Assembly (NCBI GenBank): GCA_046484865.1
Contig: JAWOID010000130.1
Span: forward strand, 1-31,422
Direction: 5' to 3'
Source of the DNA: Candidatus Krumholzibacteriia bacterium
GTDB taxonomy: Bacteria > Krumholzibacteriota > Krumholzibacteriia > LZORAL124-64-63
DNA length: 31,422 nucleotides
Shown: piece by piece, positions 8,632 through 17,785 of the stretch
Numbering within the stretch: the first letter of the stretch is position 1
How the letters are laid out: every line of letters begins with the position of its first letter
Position numbers and translations under genes: made by a program
Notes under the pieces: generated by a model
Databases searched by the model: none
Told to the model about the DNA's origin: nothing
Seen by the model: the letters and a program-made list of their open reading frames with translations, nothing else

Positions 8632-9615
8632 ATGTGTCTCCTGATCCTCGCCCATGACGTTCACCCGCACCTGCCGCTGGTGGTGGCCGCCAACCGCGAC
8701 GAGTTCCTCGACCGGCCGACCGCGCCGCTGGCGGAATGGTCCGACGCCCCCGGCGTGTTCGCCGGCCGCGACCTGCGTGCGGGCGGCACCTGGATGGGCG
8801 TCACCCGGTCCGGCCGCTGGGCCGCGGTGACCAACGTGCGGGAGCCGCACGATCGGCCCGAGGCGGCGTCGCGAGACGGCTTCGCGGCGGCTGCGGACGC
8901 GTCCGAGGACGGTGGACGACGACTCTCCCGCGGCGCGCTGGTGGCAGACTACCTGCGTTCGACCACCGCCCCGGCGGATCACCTGGCCGCCGTCGCCGCC
9001 CGGGCCCGCCGCTACGACGGCTTCAACCTGCTCGTGGGGGACACGCGCGGGATCTGGTACCTGAGCAACCGGGTGCACCAGCCGCTGGCGGCGCGGGGGG
9101 ATCCAGCAGCGCCGGAAGACCCCGCGGCGGTAGGATCTGCCCGGTCGCTGCAGCCGCCCCCGCGGGTCCGGGTTCAGGCGGGCGTGGCCGGCCCGCTGGC
9201 GGTGCCGGCGGGAATCCACGGGCTGAGCAACGCCGGCCTCGATTCTCCCTGGCCCAAGCTGATGCGCGGTCGCGAACGTCTCGGCACGCTGGTCGCGGGC
9301 GCGTGCGCACCGAGTCCGGCGGACGCCCTCGTGGAACCGCTCCTCGCCCTGCTCGCCGACCGCACGGTCCCTCTGGATCGCGAGTTGCCGGACACGGGCG
9401 TGGGACTCGCGTGGGAGAGGACGCTCGGGTCCTCCTTCATCGTCGCCGAGGGGTATGGCACGCGCAGTTCCACCGTGCTGATACGCGACGGCGGCGGCGC
9501 CCTGCTCCTGGTGGAGCGGACGTTCGCCCACGAGCCGCACGACCCGCCGCTCGCCGGACTGCCGGTGGTGTCCGGCGAGCGGCGCCTCCGGATCGGCCCG
9601 GATCAGCCCGCCTGA
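8632..9615 (+). CDS. NRDE-family (TANGO2-like) protein
   Basis: N-terminal MCL, AANRDEF, GRDLRAGGTWMG, SRGALV, YDGFNLL, HGLSN, YGTRSST. Confidence 0.92.
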   Translation: MCLLILAHDVHPHLPLVVAANRDEFLDRPTAPLAEWSDAPGVFAGRDLRAGGTWMGVTRSGRWAAVTNVREPHDRPEAASRDGFAAAADASEDGGRRLSRGALVADYLRSTTAPADHLAAVAARARRYDGFNLLVGDTRGIWYLSNRVHQPLAARGDPAAPEDPAAVGSARSLQPPPRVRVQAGVAGPLAVPAGIHGLSNAGLDSPWPKLMRGRERLGTLVAGACAPSPADALVEPLLALLADRTVPLDRELPDTGVGLAWERTLGSSFIVAEGYGTRSSTVLIRDGGGALLLVERTFAHEPHDPPLAGLPVVSGERRLRIGPDQPA

Positions 9616-9669
9616 TTCATGAGCGGCCGTAGCCAACGTGCGGCAAACGCCCGCCACGCTCATGAATCA
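9613..9669. repeat. 13-bp perfect inverted repeat/long hairpin between convergent genes
   Basis: tgattcatgagcg (9613-9625) and cgctcatgaatca (9657-9669), with a partly pairable 31-nt interior. Confidence 0.75.
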
Positions 9670-9675
9670 TGTGGG

Positions 9676-11142
9676 TCAAGCCTGCACGGCGTGCTCGCGG
9701 AGCGCGTGGACCGCCCGCTCGGGCTCGCTGCCGTCGCCTGACGCCGGCGCGGGCCCCACCGCGCTCTCGTTCAGCAGTTCGCGCAGCCGCGCCTGCTGGT
9801 GAGACCGCAGGTGGTGCACCGACGCGGCGAAGGCGCGCACCCGGGGGTCGGCGGCGCTCCGGCTCGCGGAGCGGCTCAGGGTCAGGGCGCCGCGCTGGTG
9901 ATCGGCCATGAACGCCAGGAACTCCTCCTCGAAGACGCGCCCGTGCTGGCGCCCGAGGTGCTCCAGCAACTCCGGTTCGAGCGCTCCCGGCAGCCGGGCC
10001 AGCTCGTCCGGACCCGCCCCGGGCAGCGCGCCTTCGAACCACGACTGCCACCAGTCGCGCATGAGGTCGCACTCGGCCTCGAGCTCGCCCAGCATCTGGG
10101 CGGCGAGACGGCGCACCTGCCGCCGTTCGGCCCGCTCCATCGCCAGGCGCGCCATGCGAATCCCCGCCTGGTGATGCGCGTGCAGGATTCGCAGCAGGTC
10201 GCGGGTGCGACGCCAGCTCCGCTCCGATCCCAGAGGCCAGCGCGGCTCGCCGTTGCTCCGAGCCCAGACCTCGAGTCCCGTGAATGCCCCGAGGGCGCCG
10301 AGCAGGCCCGCGAGCGTCCGTCGCCCCTCGCCGCGCGGGCGCTCGCCGGCCAGCAGCCGCTCGAACAGCGAGTGCAGCCCATAGGTGGACCCGGCCGCCA
10401 CGTGGATCGCGGCGACCACCCCGTACGGTATCCTCATGCGCACGAGGGGCTGCAGCCACGGCAACACGACCCAGTACTCGACGGCCGACGCCAGGAATGC
10501 GTAGGGGAGATCGACGCCCAGCCAGCGCCGGCTTGCCGTGGCGGCCGGCATGCGCGCCGCTCCGGTGGTCCGGTAGAGCACGGCCCAGCTGACCTTGCTG
10601 GCCTTGTGGACGAGCAGCCCGGCGGCGACATCCCGCAAGCCCGGGTTCCGCCGCTGCCCCGAGGTGCGCGTGAGCACCGTGCCCTTGCTGGCCCAGTCGC
10701 GTCGGGCGTCGCGCCCCAGACGCGGCGCCGCCAGCGAGAAGATCGCCGACGAGAACGCCGCCGCGGCGAATCCCGTGAGCGCGGCGGCTGCCCAGCCGGT
10801 GCCGCGCGCGTGATCGCGGACTGCCCGCCAGTCGCGCCACGGGCCCCGGACCCGTGCCCGTCCGGGTTCCCGTTCCCGTTCCCGTTCCTGCGCGTTCCGC
10901 TGCCGCCGGCGCCGCCTCCGTTCGCGCGCCCGGCGCGCCCGTCGCTCCCGGCGCCGGGCCGCCGCGCGCCCGGCCGACGATCGGGACGAGCCCTCCTCCC
11001 GCAACGTCACCGCAGCCGCGGCCACGGCGCTGGTCACCGCGCGGGCGGTTCGGCGGGCACCGCGCCGGGTCCACGGCAGGCTCGCCGCCAGCCCGGCGCC
11101 CACGCCGCCGGCGATGGCCATCCAGGTCCTGCTGTCCACCAT
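9676..11142 (-). CDS. Membrane protein with C-terminal DUF305 (ferritin-like) domain
   Basis: HAHHQAGIRMARLA and FLAFMADHQRGALTLS are DUF305-like helices; hydrophobic N-terminus, Arg-rich linker and several central TM segments; GGAAAGGA RBS; follows the SDR gene. Confidence 0.7.
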   Translation of the reverse strand: MVDSRTWMAIAGGVGAGLAASLPWTRRGARRTARAVTSAVAAAAVTLREEGSSRSSAGRAAARRRERRARRARERRRRRRQRNAQEREREREPGRARVRGPWRDWRAVRDHARGTGWAAAALTGFAAAAFSSAIFSLAAPRLGRDARRDWASKGTVLTRTSGQRRNPGLRDVAAGLLVHKASKVSWAVLYRTTGAARMPAATASRRWLGVDLPYAFLASAVEYWVVLPWLQPLVRMRIPYGVVAAIHVAAGSTYGLHSLFERLLAGERPRGEGRRTLAGLLGALGAFTGLEVWARSNGEPRWPLGSERSWRRTRDLLRILHAHHQAGIRMARLAMERAERRQVRRLAAQMLGELEAECDLMRDWWQSWFEGALPGAGPDELARLPGALEPELLEHLGRQHGRVFEEEFLAFMADHQRGALTLSRSASRSAADPRVRAFAASVHHLRSHQQARLRELLNESAVGPAPASGDGSEPERAVHALREHAVQA

Positions 11143-11163
11143 GCCGCCGTCCTTTCCTCCGGC

Positions 11164-12237
11164 TCAGCCGGTTGCTCCCCCCAGCTCGTTGTTGCGCCGC
11201 GCTGCCCGGTCCGCCAGCCACGTGAGCACCGAGGGCGTCGAGCGGGACCGCTGCTCGCTCGCCGGACGAGACTCGCGGCCGTCTTCCCGATCTCCGCCGC
11301 CGTCGCCGCCTCCACCGTCGCCGGCGGCCTCGGGCAGGATCCGGTTGCCCTGGCGCATCCCCCAGGCCGTCAGCCCGGGCACGAGCGCATTCGCCGCCAC
11401 GAGCATCCGGGCCTGGACGGTGATGGTGAGGGCCGGGTCGCCATGCCGAGCCGCCTCGACGATGCGCCGCGCCGACCGGCGCGCGCTCGCGGACGTGAGG
11501 GGAGAGGCGGCGAGCACCGAGAACCAGGCGGACTCGCGGGAGCGGTCGCCCTTGAACTGCGCATTCACGTGCGAACCGGTGCGCATGAGACCCGGCGTGA
11601 CCGTGGTCACCCTGATGCCGTCCTGTGCCAGCTCCGCCCGCAGCGCGTCGGAGAGTCCGGTGAGAGCGAACTTGCTGGCGCAGTAAGGCGCCATGTGAGG
11701 CACGGCCACACGGCCGCCCACCGACGAGATGTTGACGATCCGCCCGTAGCCCTGCCGCCTCAGGATGGGCAGCGCCGCCCAGACGGTGTGCAGCGAACCC
11801 CAGAAGTGCACGTCCATGGCGCGGCGGAAGTCCTCCAGGTCCATCGTCTCCAGCGGTCCCACCTGCACGATGCCGGCCACGTTGAAGATGGCGTCCAGCC
11901 GCCTGGTGCGGTGGTGCACCACCGTGATCACGTCCTGCACCGTCTGGCGGTCGGTGACATCGCAGATGTACGCGTCGGCCGCCACGCCGCGGTCGCCGAG
12001 TTCGGCCGCGGCGCGGTCCAGCTCGTCGCGATCGCGGGCCAGCAGCACCACGTGGGCACCCTCGCCGCCCACCAGCCGGGCGATCTCGAGCCCCAGCCCT
12101 CGCGAACCGCCGGTGATCACCACGGTGCGACCGGTGAAACTCCAGCGGCGGCGGCGGCGGATCGTCCGCCGCGCGAGATACCCGAGCCCCACCAAAGCCC
12201 CGCCTCCCGCGGCGATCCGCGCGATCTGGTCGGTCAT
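11164..12237 (-). CDS. Short-chain dehydrogenase/reductase (SDR)
   Basis: ITGGSRGLG, NVAG, NISS, YCASK, TPGLMRTG; GAGGAG RBS before ATG 12237. Confidence 0.93.
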   Translation of the reverse strand: MTDQIARIAAGGGALVGLGYLARRTIRRRRRWSFTGRTVVITGGSRGLGLEIARLVGGEGAHVVLLARDRDELDRAAAELGDRGVAADAYICDVTDRQTVQDVITVVHHRTRRLDAIFNVAGIVQVGPLETMDLEDFRRAMDVHFWGSLHTVWAALPILRRQGYGRIVNISSVGGRVAVPHMAPYCASKFALTGLSDALRAELAQDGIRVTTVTPGLMRTGSHVNAQFKGDRSRESAWFSVLAASPLTSASARRSARRIVEAARHGDPALTITVQARMLVAANALVPGLTAWGMRQGNRILPEAAGDGGGGDGGGDREDGRESRPASEQRSRSTPSVLTWLADRAARRNNELGGATG

Positions 12238-12262
12238 GCCGGTCTCCTCTCCCCGGCGCCGC

Positions 12263-13441
12263 TCATGCGGAGGCCGTCTTGAGCACGACCTTGGTGCAGC
12301 CGTCCACCTTGTCGCGGAAGATGCGGTAAGCCATCGGCGCCTCCTCCAGCGGCAGCGCATGGGACACCACGAACGAAGGATCGATCTCGCCCTTCTCGAT
12401 GCGCTCGAACAGGGGCTTCAGGTAGCGGTGCACGTGGGTCTGCCCCATGCGGAAGGTGAGCCCCTTGTTGAAGGCCGCCCCCATGGGGATCATGTCGAGG
12501 AAGCCGCCGAACACGCCGGCCACCGAGAGGGTTCCGCCCTTGCGGCACGCCTGGATGGCCTGGCGCAGGGCCGACGGTCGGCCGGTCTGGACGTGCAGCG
12601 ACTGCTTCACCCGGTCCACGGCGCCGATCACGCCCATGCCGTGCGCCTCCATGCCGACCGCCTCGATGCAGATGTCGGGTCCCCGACCGCCGGTGAGCTC
12701 CTTGAGGACCTCCACGACGTCGTCGCTCTCGACGTCGACCACCTCGGCGCCGGCCTCGGCGGCCATGTGGAGCCGGTCCGGTTCGAGGTCGATGGCGATC
12801 ACCCGCTCCGCCCCGAGCATGAATGCGCTGCGGATGGCGAATTGCCCCACCGGGCCGCAGCCCCAGACCGCCACCACGTCGCCGGGATGGATGTTCCCGC
12901 TCTCGGCAGCCTGGTAGCCGGTGGGGAAGACGTCGCTCAGGAAGAGCACCTGCTCGTCCCTGAGGCCGTCGTTCTCGATCTTCAGGGGACCGACGTCGGC
13001 GAACGGCACGCGCACGTACTCCGCCTGCCCGCCGGCGTAGCCGCCCATCAGGTGGGAGTAGCCGAAGATGCCGGCAGGAGCATGCCCGAACAGCGCCTCG
13101 GCCATCCAGGACTTCGGATTGGAGTTGTCGCAGAGCGACCAGAGGTCGTGGCGGCAGAACCAGCATTTGCCGCACGAAATGGGGAACGGCACGACGACCC
13201 GGTCGCCGGTCTTCAGGTTCTTGACCTCGGTGCCGACTTCCACCACCCGGCCCATGAACTCGTGGCCCAGGATATCGCCCTTCTGCATCGCGGGGATGTG
13301 GCCGTCGTAGAGATGGAGGTCGGAGCCGCAGATGGTGGTCGTGGTCACCTCGACGATGGCGTCGCGAGGGTTCAGGATCGCGGGATCGGGCACCGTCTCC
13401 ACCCTCACGTCGTGGACGCCGTTCCAGCAGACCGCCTTCAT
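12263..13441 (-). CDS. Zn-dependent alcohol/formaldehyde dehydrogenase-like MDR enzyme
   Basis: ICGSDLH, GHEFMG, CGKCWFC...[24 protein letters not shown]. Confidence 0.93.
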   Translation of the reverse strand: MKAVCWNGVHDVRVETVPDPAILNPRDAIVEVTTTTICGSDLHLYDGHIPAMQKGDILGHEFMGRVVEVGTEVKNLKTGDRVVVPFPISCGKCWFCRHDLWSLCDNSNPKSWMAEALFGHAPAGIFGYSHLMGGYAGGQAEYVRVPFADVGPLKIENDGLRDEQVLFLSDVFPTGYQAAESGNIHPGDVVAVWGCGPVGQFAIRSAFMLGAERVIAIDLEPDRLHMAAEAGAEVVDVESDDVVEVLKELTGGRGPDICIEAVGMEAHGMGVIGAVDRVKQSLHVQTGRPSALRQAIQACRKGGTLSVAGVFGGFLDMIPMGAAFNKGLTFRMGQTHVHRYLKPLFERIEKGEIDPSFVVSHALPLEEAPMAYRIFRDKVDGCTKVVLKTASA

Positions 13442-14385
13442 GACGCACCTCCCTGCTCGGGCTCACGCACGCCGGTACCGCCGCGTTCCTGCGCCCGTGC
13501 CACCTCGCCGGCGTGGCTGGCGCTGCTCCGCGCCCGCGCTGCCGCCGACTCGTGTTCGGGCCCCGGTTCCTCGCCGGCGAGTTCCGATCGCGGAGCGTCG
13601 GGCGTCGCCTCGCCGGTTTCGGCGCCGATCTCCACGTCGCTCGGCTCCTCGCTCCCGCGGGCGCGCCGCCGCCTCGGCTCACGAATGGCCTCGCGGCCCG
13701 ACGGCTGGCCCTCGGTGGTGGCATCTTCACCGGTCTCGAGCACCCGCTTCAGGCGACGCAGGTCCTCGCGGATCTGCGAGTCCGGATCGCGGCCCAGGAG
13801 CCGCGCCATGCCCGCGGCCATGCGGCCGCCGGGAGCGGTGTACTCCAGCGTGACGTGCACCTCGGTGCCCCGCCCGCCCGGCGCGTCCCGGAACTGCACC
13901 CGCCCGCGGGTCTCCACGTCGGAGTCGGGCAGCGAGCGCCAGGCCACGTGCTCGTCGGCCACCTCGTCGACGACCTCCGCCTCCCACGTGACGGTGCCGC
14001 CGAGCGGACTCTCGGCCGTCCAGCGCGAGCGCCGCTCGTCGATCACCTCCACCGATTCCAGATGCTGCATGATGCCCGGCAGGTTCGAGAAGTCGCGCCA
14101 CAGCCGGTAGAGTTCCGGCCGCGGCCGGTCGATGGTCACCGCGCGTGCGACCTGCACCCGCCCTCGCGCCAGGTCCAGCCGGGGCAGGCCGTCCACCACC
14201 TCGCGCCAGGTGCGCGGCCCGGCCAGACCCCGGTACGCCAGGTACACCGACCCCGCGGCCAGCGGCACGCCGAGCCGCCAGGAACGGGACATGGCGAGCG
14301 CGAGCAACGCTCCGCTGCCGAACGTGGCGAGCAGGCCTCCCTGGCCACGGGAGGTGTGGCGACCCTCCGGTTCACGGTTAGCCAT
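13438..14385 (-). CDS. SRPBCC (polyketide cyclase/dehydrase-like) protein
   Basis: [56 protein letters not shown] overlap with the downstream dehydrogenase. Confidence 0.88.
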   Translation of the reverse strand: MANREPEGRHTSRGQGGLLATFGSGALLALAMSRSWRLGVPLAAGSVYLAYRGLAGPRTWREVVDGLPRLDLARGRVQVARAVTIDRPRPELYRLWRDFSNLPGIMQHLESVEVIDERRSRWTAESPLGGTVTWEAEVVDEVADEHVAWRSLPDSDVETRGRVQFRDAPGGRGTEVHVTLEYTAPGGRMAAGMARLLGRDPDSQIREDLRRLKRVLETGEDATTEGQPSGREAIREPRRRRARGSEEPSDVEIGAETGEATPDAPRSELAGEEPGPEHESAAARARSSASHAGEVARAQERGGTGVREPEQGGAS

Positions 14386-14662
14386 GGGTTCTCCCTCGGG
14401 GTCTGGACGTGATATCGCTACCGCCCCGCCGCACTCCTCCGGGGCGCGCCGGGCGGATCCACGGGCACACGATAGCCCCGAGTCCACGGGGCCGCCGTCG
14501 ATCACCGGTACCTGCCGCACGGGCCGGCGAACACGGCTGTGGACCGTCGAGAACACTGCTCGCGGAGGTTGCGTCGTCGCTGCCGATGCGCCAACCTGCA
14601 GCGGTGGACCCGCCGCACTCCACCTCTGCAGAGCGCCCGCGCCCGGACGGGCGGGAGGGGTC

Positions 14663-16153
14663 ATGGACGACACGCCTCGGAGCCTGCCCCGGAACCTGCA
14701 CTTCGTGGGGGTCGGCGGCAGCGGGATGAGCGCCCTGGCGCAGCTGCACGCGCTGGCCGGGCACCGGGTCACCGGCAGCGATCGCGCGTTCGACGCCGGC
14801 GAGCGCGGGGAGATCCGCTCGCACCTCGAGCGCACCGGCGTCACGATCCTGCCGCAGGACGGCAGCGGCCCACGTCCGGGCACCGAGGCGGCCGTGCTGA
14901 GCACGGCGGTGGAGGAGGGCATCCCCGACGTGCGCGCCGCCCGCGAGCGCGGGGTGGCCCTCTGGCACCGTAGCGAGCTGCTGTCGGCGCACGTTCGCCG
15001 GCACCGCACCGTGGCCGTCACCGGCACCAGCGGCAAGTCCACCGTCACCGCCATGATCTTCGCCATCCTGCGCGGCGCCGGCGCCGACCCGGGGCTCCTG
15101 ACCGGCGGCCCGCTGGTGGACCTGCAGGCGGAAGGCTACCTGGGCAACGCCTGGGCGGGCGCCGGCGCGGGCGCCGGCGGCTGGCTGGTGGTGGAGGCCG
15201 ACGAGAGCGACGGCACGCTCGTACGGTACCGCCCGTGGGCCGGCGTGATCCTGAACCTCGGCCGCGACCACAAGGAGCCCGCCGAGGTGGCGGCGATGTT
15301 CGCGACCTTCCGCGACCAGGTGGAAGGACCGCTCATCGTGGGCGAGGACCCGGCTCTGGATTTCCTCCGCGTTTCCGCGCGCGGCGCGGCGGCCACGACC
15401 TTCGGCCTGGGCGCGGGTTGCGATCTGCGGGCGGATCAGGTACGGCTCTCGGGCGACGGCAGTCGCTTCTCGGTGGAAGGCGTGGAGTTCGTGCTCCACC
15501 GCACCGGCCGGCACGACGTGCTGAACGCGCTGGCGGCCCTGGCGGCAGGCCGGGCCTGCGGCGTCGACCTGGACACGATGGTGCAGCCGCTCGCCCGCTT
15601 CGGCGGCGTGACCAGGCGCTTCCAGTCGCTCGGCACGGCGGCGGGCGTGGAAGTCGTGGACGACTTCGCCCACAACGCCGACAAGATCGCGGCCGCGCTG
15701 GCGGCGGCGCGCGCGCGGCTGGGGCATGCGGCTGCCGCCTCGGCCGCGCCGACCGGCGCCACCGCCGCCCGACCTGACGGCGCCGGCGGCCGCGTGCTCG
15801 TCGCGTACCAGCCGCACGGCTTCGGCCCGACCCGTTTCCTGAGGGACGACCTCATCGCCGCGTTCGCCGCCCACCTGCGCGGCGGGGACGTCCTGTGGTT
15901 GCCGGAGATCTACTACGCGGGCGGCAGCGTCACGCGCGACATCTCGTCCCGCGACCTCGCCGAGGGGATCCGGGCCCGGGGTCGTGACGCCCGCTTCCTG
16001 CCCGACCGGGACGATCTGCCGGCCACCGTCGCGGCCGAGGCCCGCCCGGGCGATCTGGTGCTGATCATGGGTGCCCGCGACCCGTCGCTCACCGGGCTGG
16101 GCCGCGCGGTGCTCGCAGCGGTCGCCGCCGCCGGCGATCCTGGCCCGGTCTGA
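14663..16153 (+). CDS. Stand-alone MurC/Mpl-like Mur ligase (divergent)
   Basis: HFVGVGGSGMSALA, GSD, P-loop TGTSGKST, EADESDG, NLGRDH, DDFAHN; GGAGGGG RBS. Confidence 0.88.
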   Translation: MDDTPRSLPRNLHFVGVGGSGMSALAQLHALAGHRVTGSDRAFDAGERGEIRSHLERTGVTILPQDGSGPRPGTEAAVLSTAVEEGIPDVRAARERGVALWHRSELLSAHVRRHRTVAVTGTSGKSTVTAMIFAILRGAGADPGLLTGGPLVDLQAEGYLGNAWAGAGAGAGGWLVVEADESDGTLVRYRPWAGVILNLGRDHKEPAEVAAMFATFRDQVEGPLIVGEDPALDFLRVSARGAAATTFGLGAGCDLRADQVRLSGDGSRFSVEGVEFVLHRTGRHDVLNALAALAAGRACGVDLDTMVQPLARFGGVTRRFQSLGTAAGVEVVDDFAHNADKIAAALAAARARLGHAAAASAAPTGATAARPDGAGGRVLVAYQPHGFGPTRFLRDDLIAAFAAHLRGGDVLWLPEIYYAGGSVTRDISSRDLAEGIRARGRDARFLPDRDDLPATVAAEARPGDLVLIMGARDPSLTGLGRAVLAAVAAAGDPGPV

Positions 16154-16202
16154 CCGGCCGGTCGCCGCCGAGGTGCGTCCGCGGGACGAACGCCCGGGCC
16201 GC

Positions 16203-17402
16203 TCAGGACGTGCGAGTCGCTGCCGGTGACGACTGCGGGAGGATCTCCGGCGCGTGCTCGCCGCCCGCGGACGGGCGGTCGCGTCCGGCCGGGCGCCGCC
16301 AGTCCTCGTCGAACTCGCCCTCGGCGAAACCTTCCTCGCCGGCGAGTCCCCGCTCCTCCCGCAACGCGGCCCGCGTGATCGCCAGGCTGCCGCCGGCCAC
16401 CCGCTCGGGCTCCACCCGGGGCTGCTCGGCGAGCTCGTCGCGGCGGTCCAGGAAGATATTGCTGCCCGGGAGCCGCTTGGCGCGGTGCTTCACCTCGGCG
16501 CAGACGTCGGCCGCCTCGATGTACTTCTTGAACCTGCGGCGGCTCAGCATGACGCCGCCCAGCGAGATGCTGACCAGCGGAAAGACGGCGTGGTTGCCCT
16601 GACGATCCTCGCTGACGATGTAGCCCCGGACGGCGTCCTCGTCGGTGTAGAAGTCGGGCACGCCGGAGTCGAAGCGGCGGATGACCTCCTCGCCCACCTG
16701 CACGGCCGCTCCGGCCGGCACCAGAAGCACGAAATCGTCGCCGCCGATGTGCCCCAGGAACCCCTCGTCTTCGCCGCAGACCTTGCGGATGGCCGTCTGG
16801 AGCGTCTCGGCCGTGAACAGCAGCAGATCGTCGCCGTCGGAGAACCCGTAGCGGTCGTTGTAGGCCTTGAAGTTGTCGAGGTCGGCGTAGATGGCGCAGA
16901 GGTCGCTGCCCTCGTCGATGCACGCCTGGATGGCCGCGACGACGCTGTTGTTGCCCGGCAGGTGGGTGAGCGGATTGGAGTCGATGGCGAGCTGTCTGAG
17001 CCGCTCGTTCTCCTGCAGGAGGCGGTGCAGGCGGAGGTGAGTGTTCACGCGCGCCAGAAACTCGCTCAGGTGGCACGGCTTGACGATGTAGTCCACGCCG
17101 CCCACCGCGTAACCGCGGTCGATCTCCTCGGCGGTGGGCGTCTCGGTGACGAAGACCACCGGGACGGTCGCCAGCCGGCCGTCCTCCTTCAAGCGCTCGC
17201 AGAGCGTGTAGCCGTCCATGCCCTTCATGCGGGCGTCGATCAGGAACAGGTCGGGCGTCGCGGCCGCGACCTGCCGCAGTGCCTCCTCGGCACGCCGGGC
17301 GGTCGCCACCTCGTAACCCTGAGCGCGCAGGGTCGCGGCGTGGATCCGCAGTTCCTGATCGCTCTCGTCCACCACGAGAACCCTGGCGCGGGGCTCGCCC
17401 AC
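16203..17402 (-). CDS. Response regulator diguanylate cyclase (REC-GGDEF)
   Basis: REC (LFLIDARM, DYIVKP); NPLTHLPGN, DLDNFKAYNDRYG, GHIGGDDF; charged low-complexity C-terminal tail. Confidence 0.9.
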   Translation of the reverse strand: MGEPRARVLVVDESDQELRIHAATLRAQGYEVATARRAEEALRQVAAATPDLFLIDARMKGMDGYTLCERLKEDGRLATVPVVFVTETPTAEEIDRGYAVGGVDYIVKPCHLSEFLARVNTHLRLHRLLQENERLRQLAIDSNPLTHLPGNNSVVAAIQACIDEGSDLCAIYADLDNFKAYNDRYGFSDGDDLLLFTAETLQTAIRKVCGEDEGFLGHIGGDDFVLLVPAGAAVQVGEEVIRRFDSGVPDFYTDEDAVRGYIVSEDRQGNHAVFPLVSISLGGVMLSRRRFKKYIEAADVCAEVKHRAKRLPGSNIFLDRRDELAEQPRVEPERVAGGSLAITRAALREERGLAGEEGFAEGEFDEDWRRPAGRDRPSAGGEHAPEILPQSSPAATRTS

Positions 17403-17403
17403 G

Positions 17404-17781
17404 TCAGAGCGCCGCGTTCACGGCCAGCTCGTCGACGGCGTCCAGGAGCCGGTTGCGGTCCACGGGCTTGGCGAAGGTGTGCTGCACACCGAAGGTGCGT
17501 GCCCACCGCAGGTAATCCTCGGGGTTCACGCGTCCACCGCCCGAGATGGCGATGATCTTCACGTCGCGGTAGGTGCGCCGCAGTTCCATGATCGTCTCGA
17601 TGCCCTCCTTCTCGGGCATGACGATGTCCATGATCACCAGGTCGGCGGGTTCCGCCGCGTACCTGGCGAGGGCCTGGTTGCCGTCGGCCGCCTCGTCGAT
17701 CACGTGGCCCTCGCGCTCGAGCGTGAGCCGAAGCATGGCGCGGATCTGATCATCGTCGTCGACCACGAGAATCCTGGGCAT
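17404..17781 (-). CDS. Single-domain response regulator
   Basis: ILVVDDD, VIMDIVMPEKEG, IAISGG, FAKP; 125 aa. Confidence 0.93.
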   Translation of the reverse strand: MPRILVVDDDDQIRAMLRLTLEREGHVIDEAADGNQALARYAAEPADLVIMDIVMPEKEGIETIMELRRTYRDVKIIAISGGGRVNPEDYLRWARTFGVQHTFAKPVDRNRLLDAVDELAVNAAL

Positions 17782-17785
17782 GTCG

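Noticed and set aside
14132..14662. Long N-terminal extensions given in the ORF track (Mur ligase here; similarly SRPBCC, icd, sigma, anti-sigma, copA)
   Set aside because: The extensions overlap divergent genes or promoters; downstream starts with an RBS or stop/start overlap match the family N-termini.
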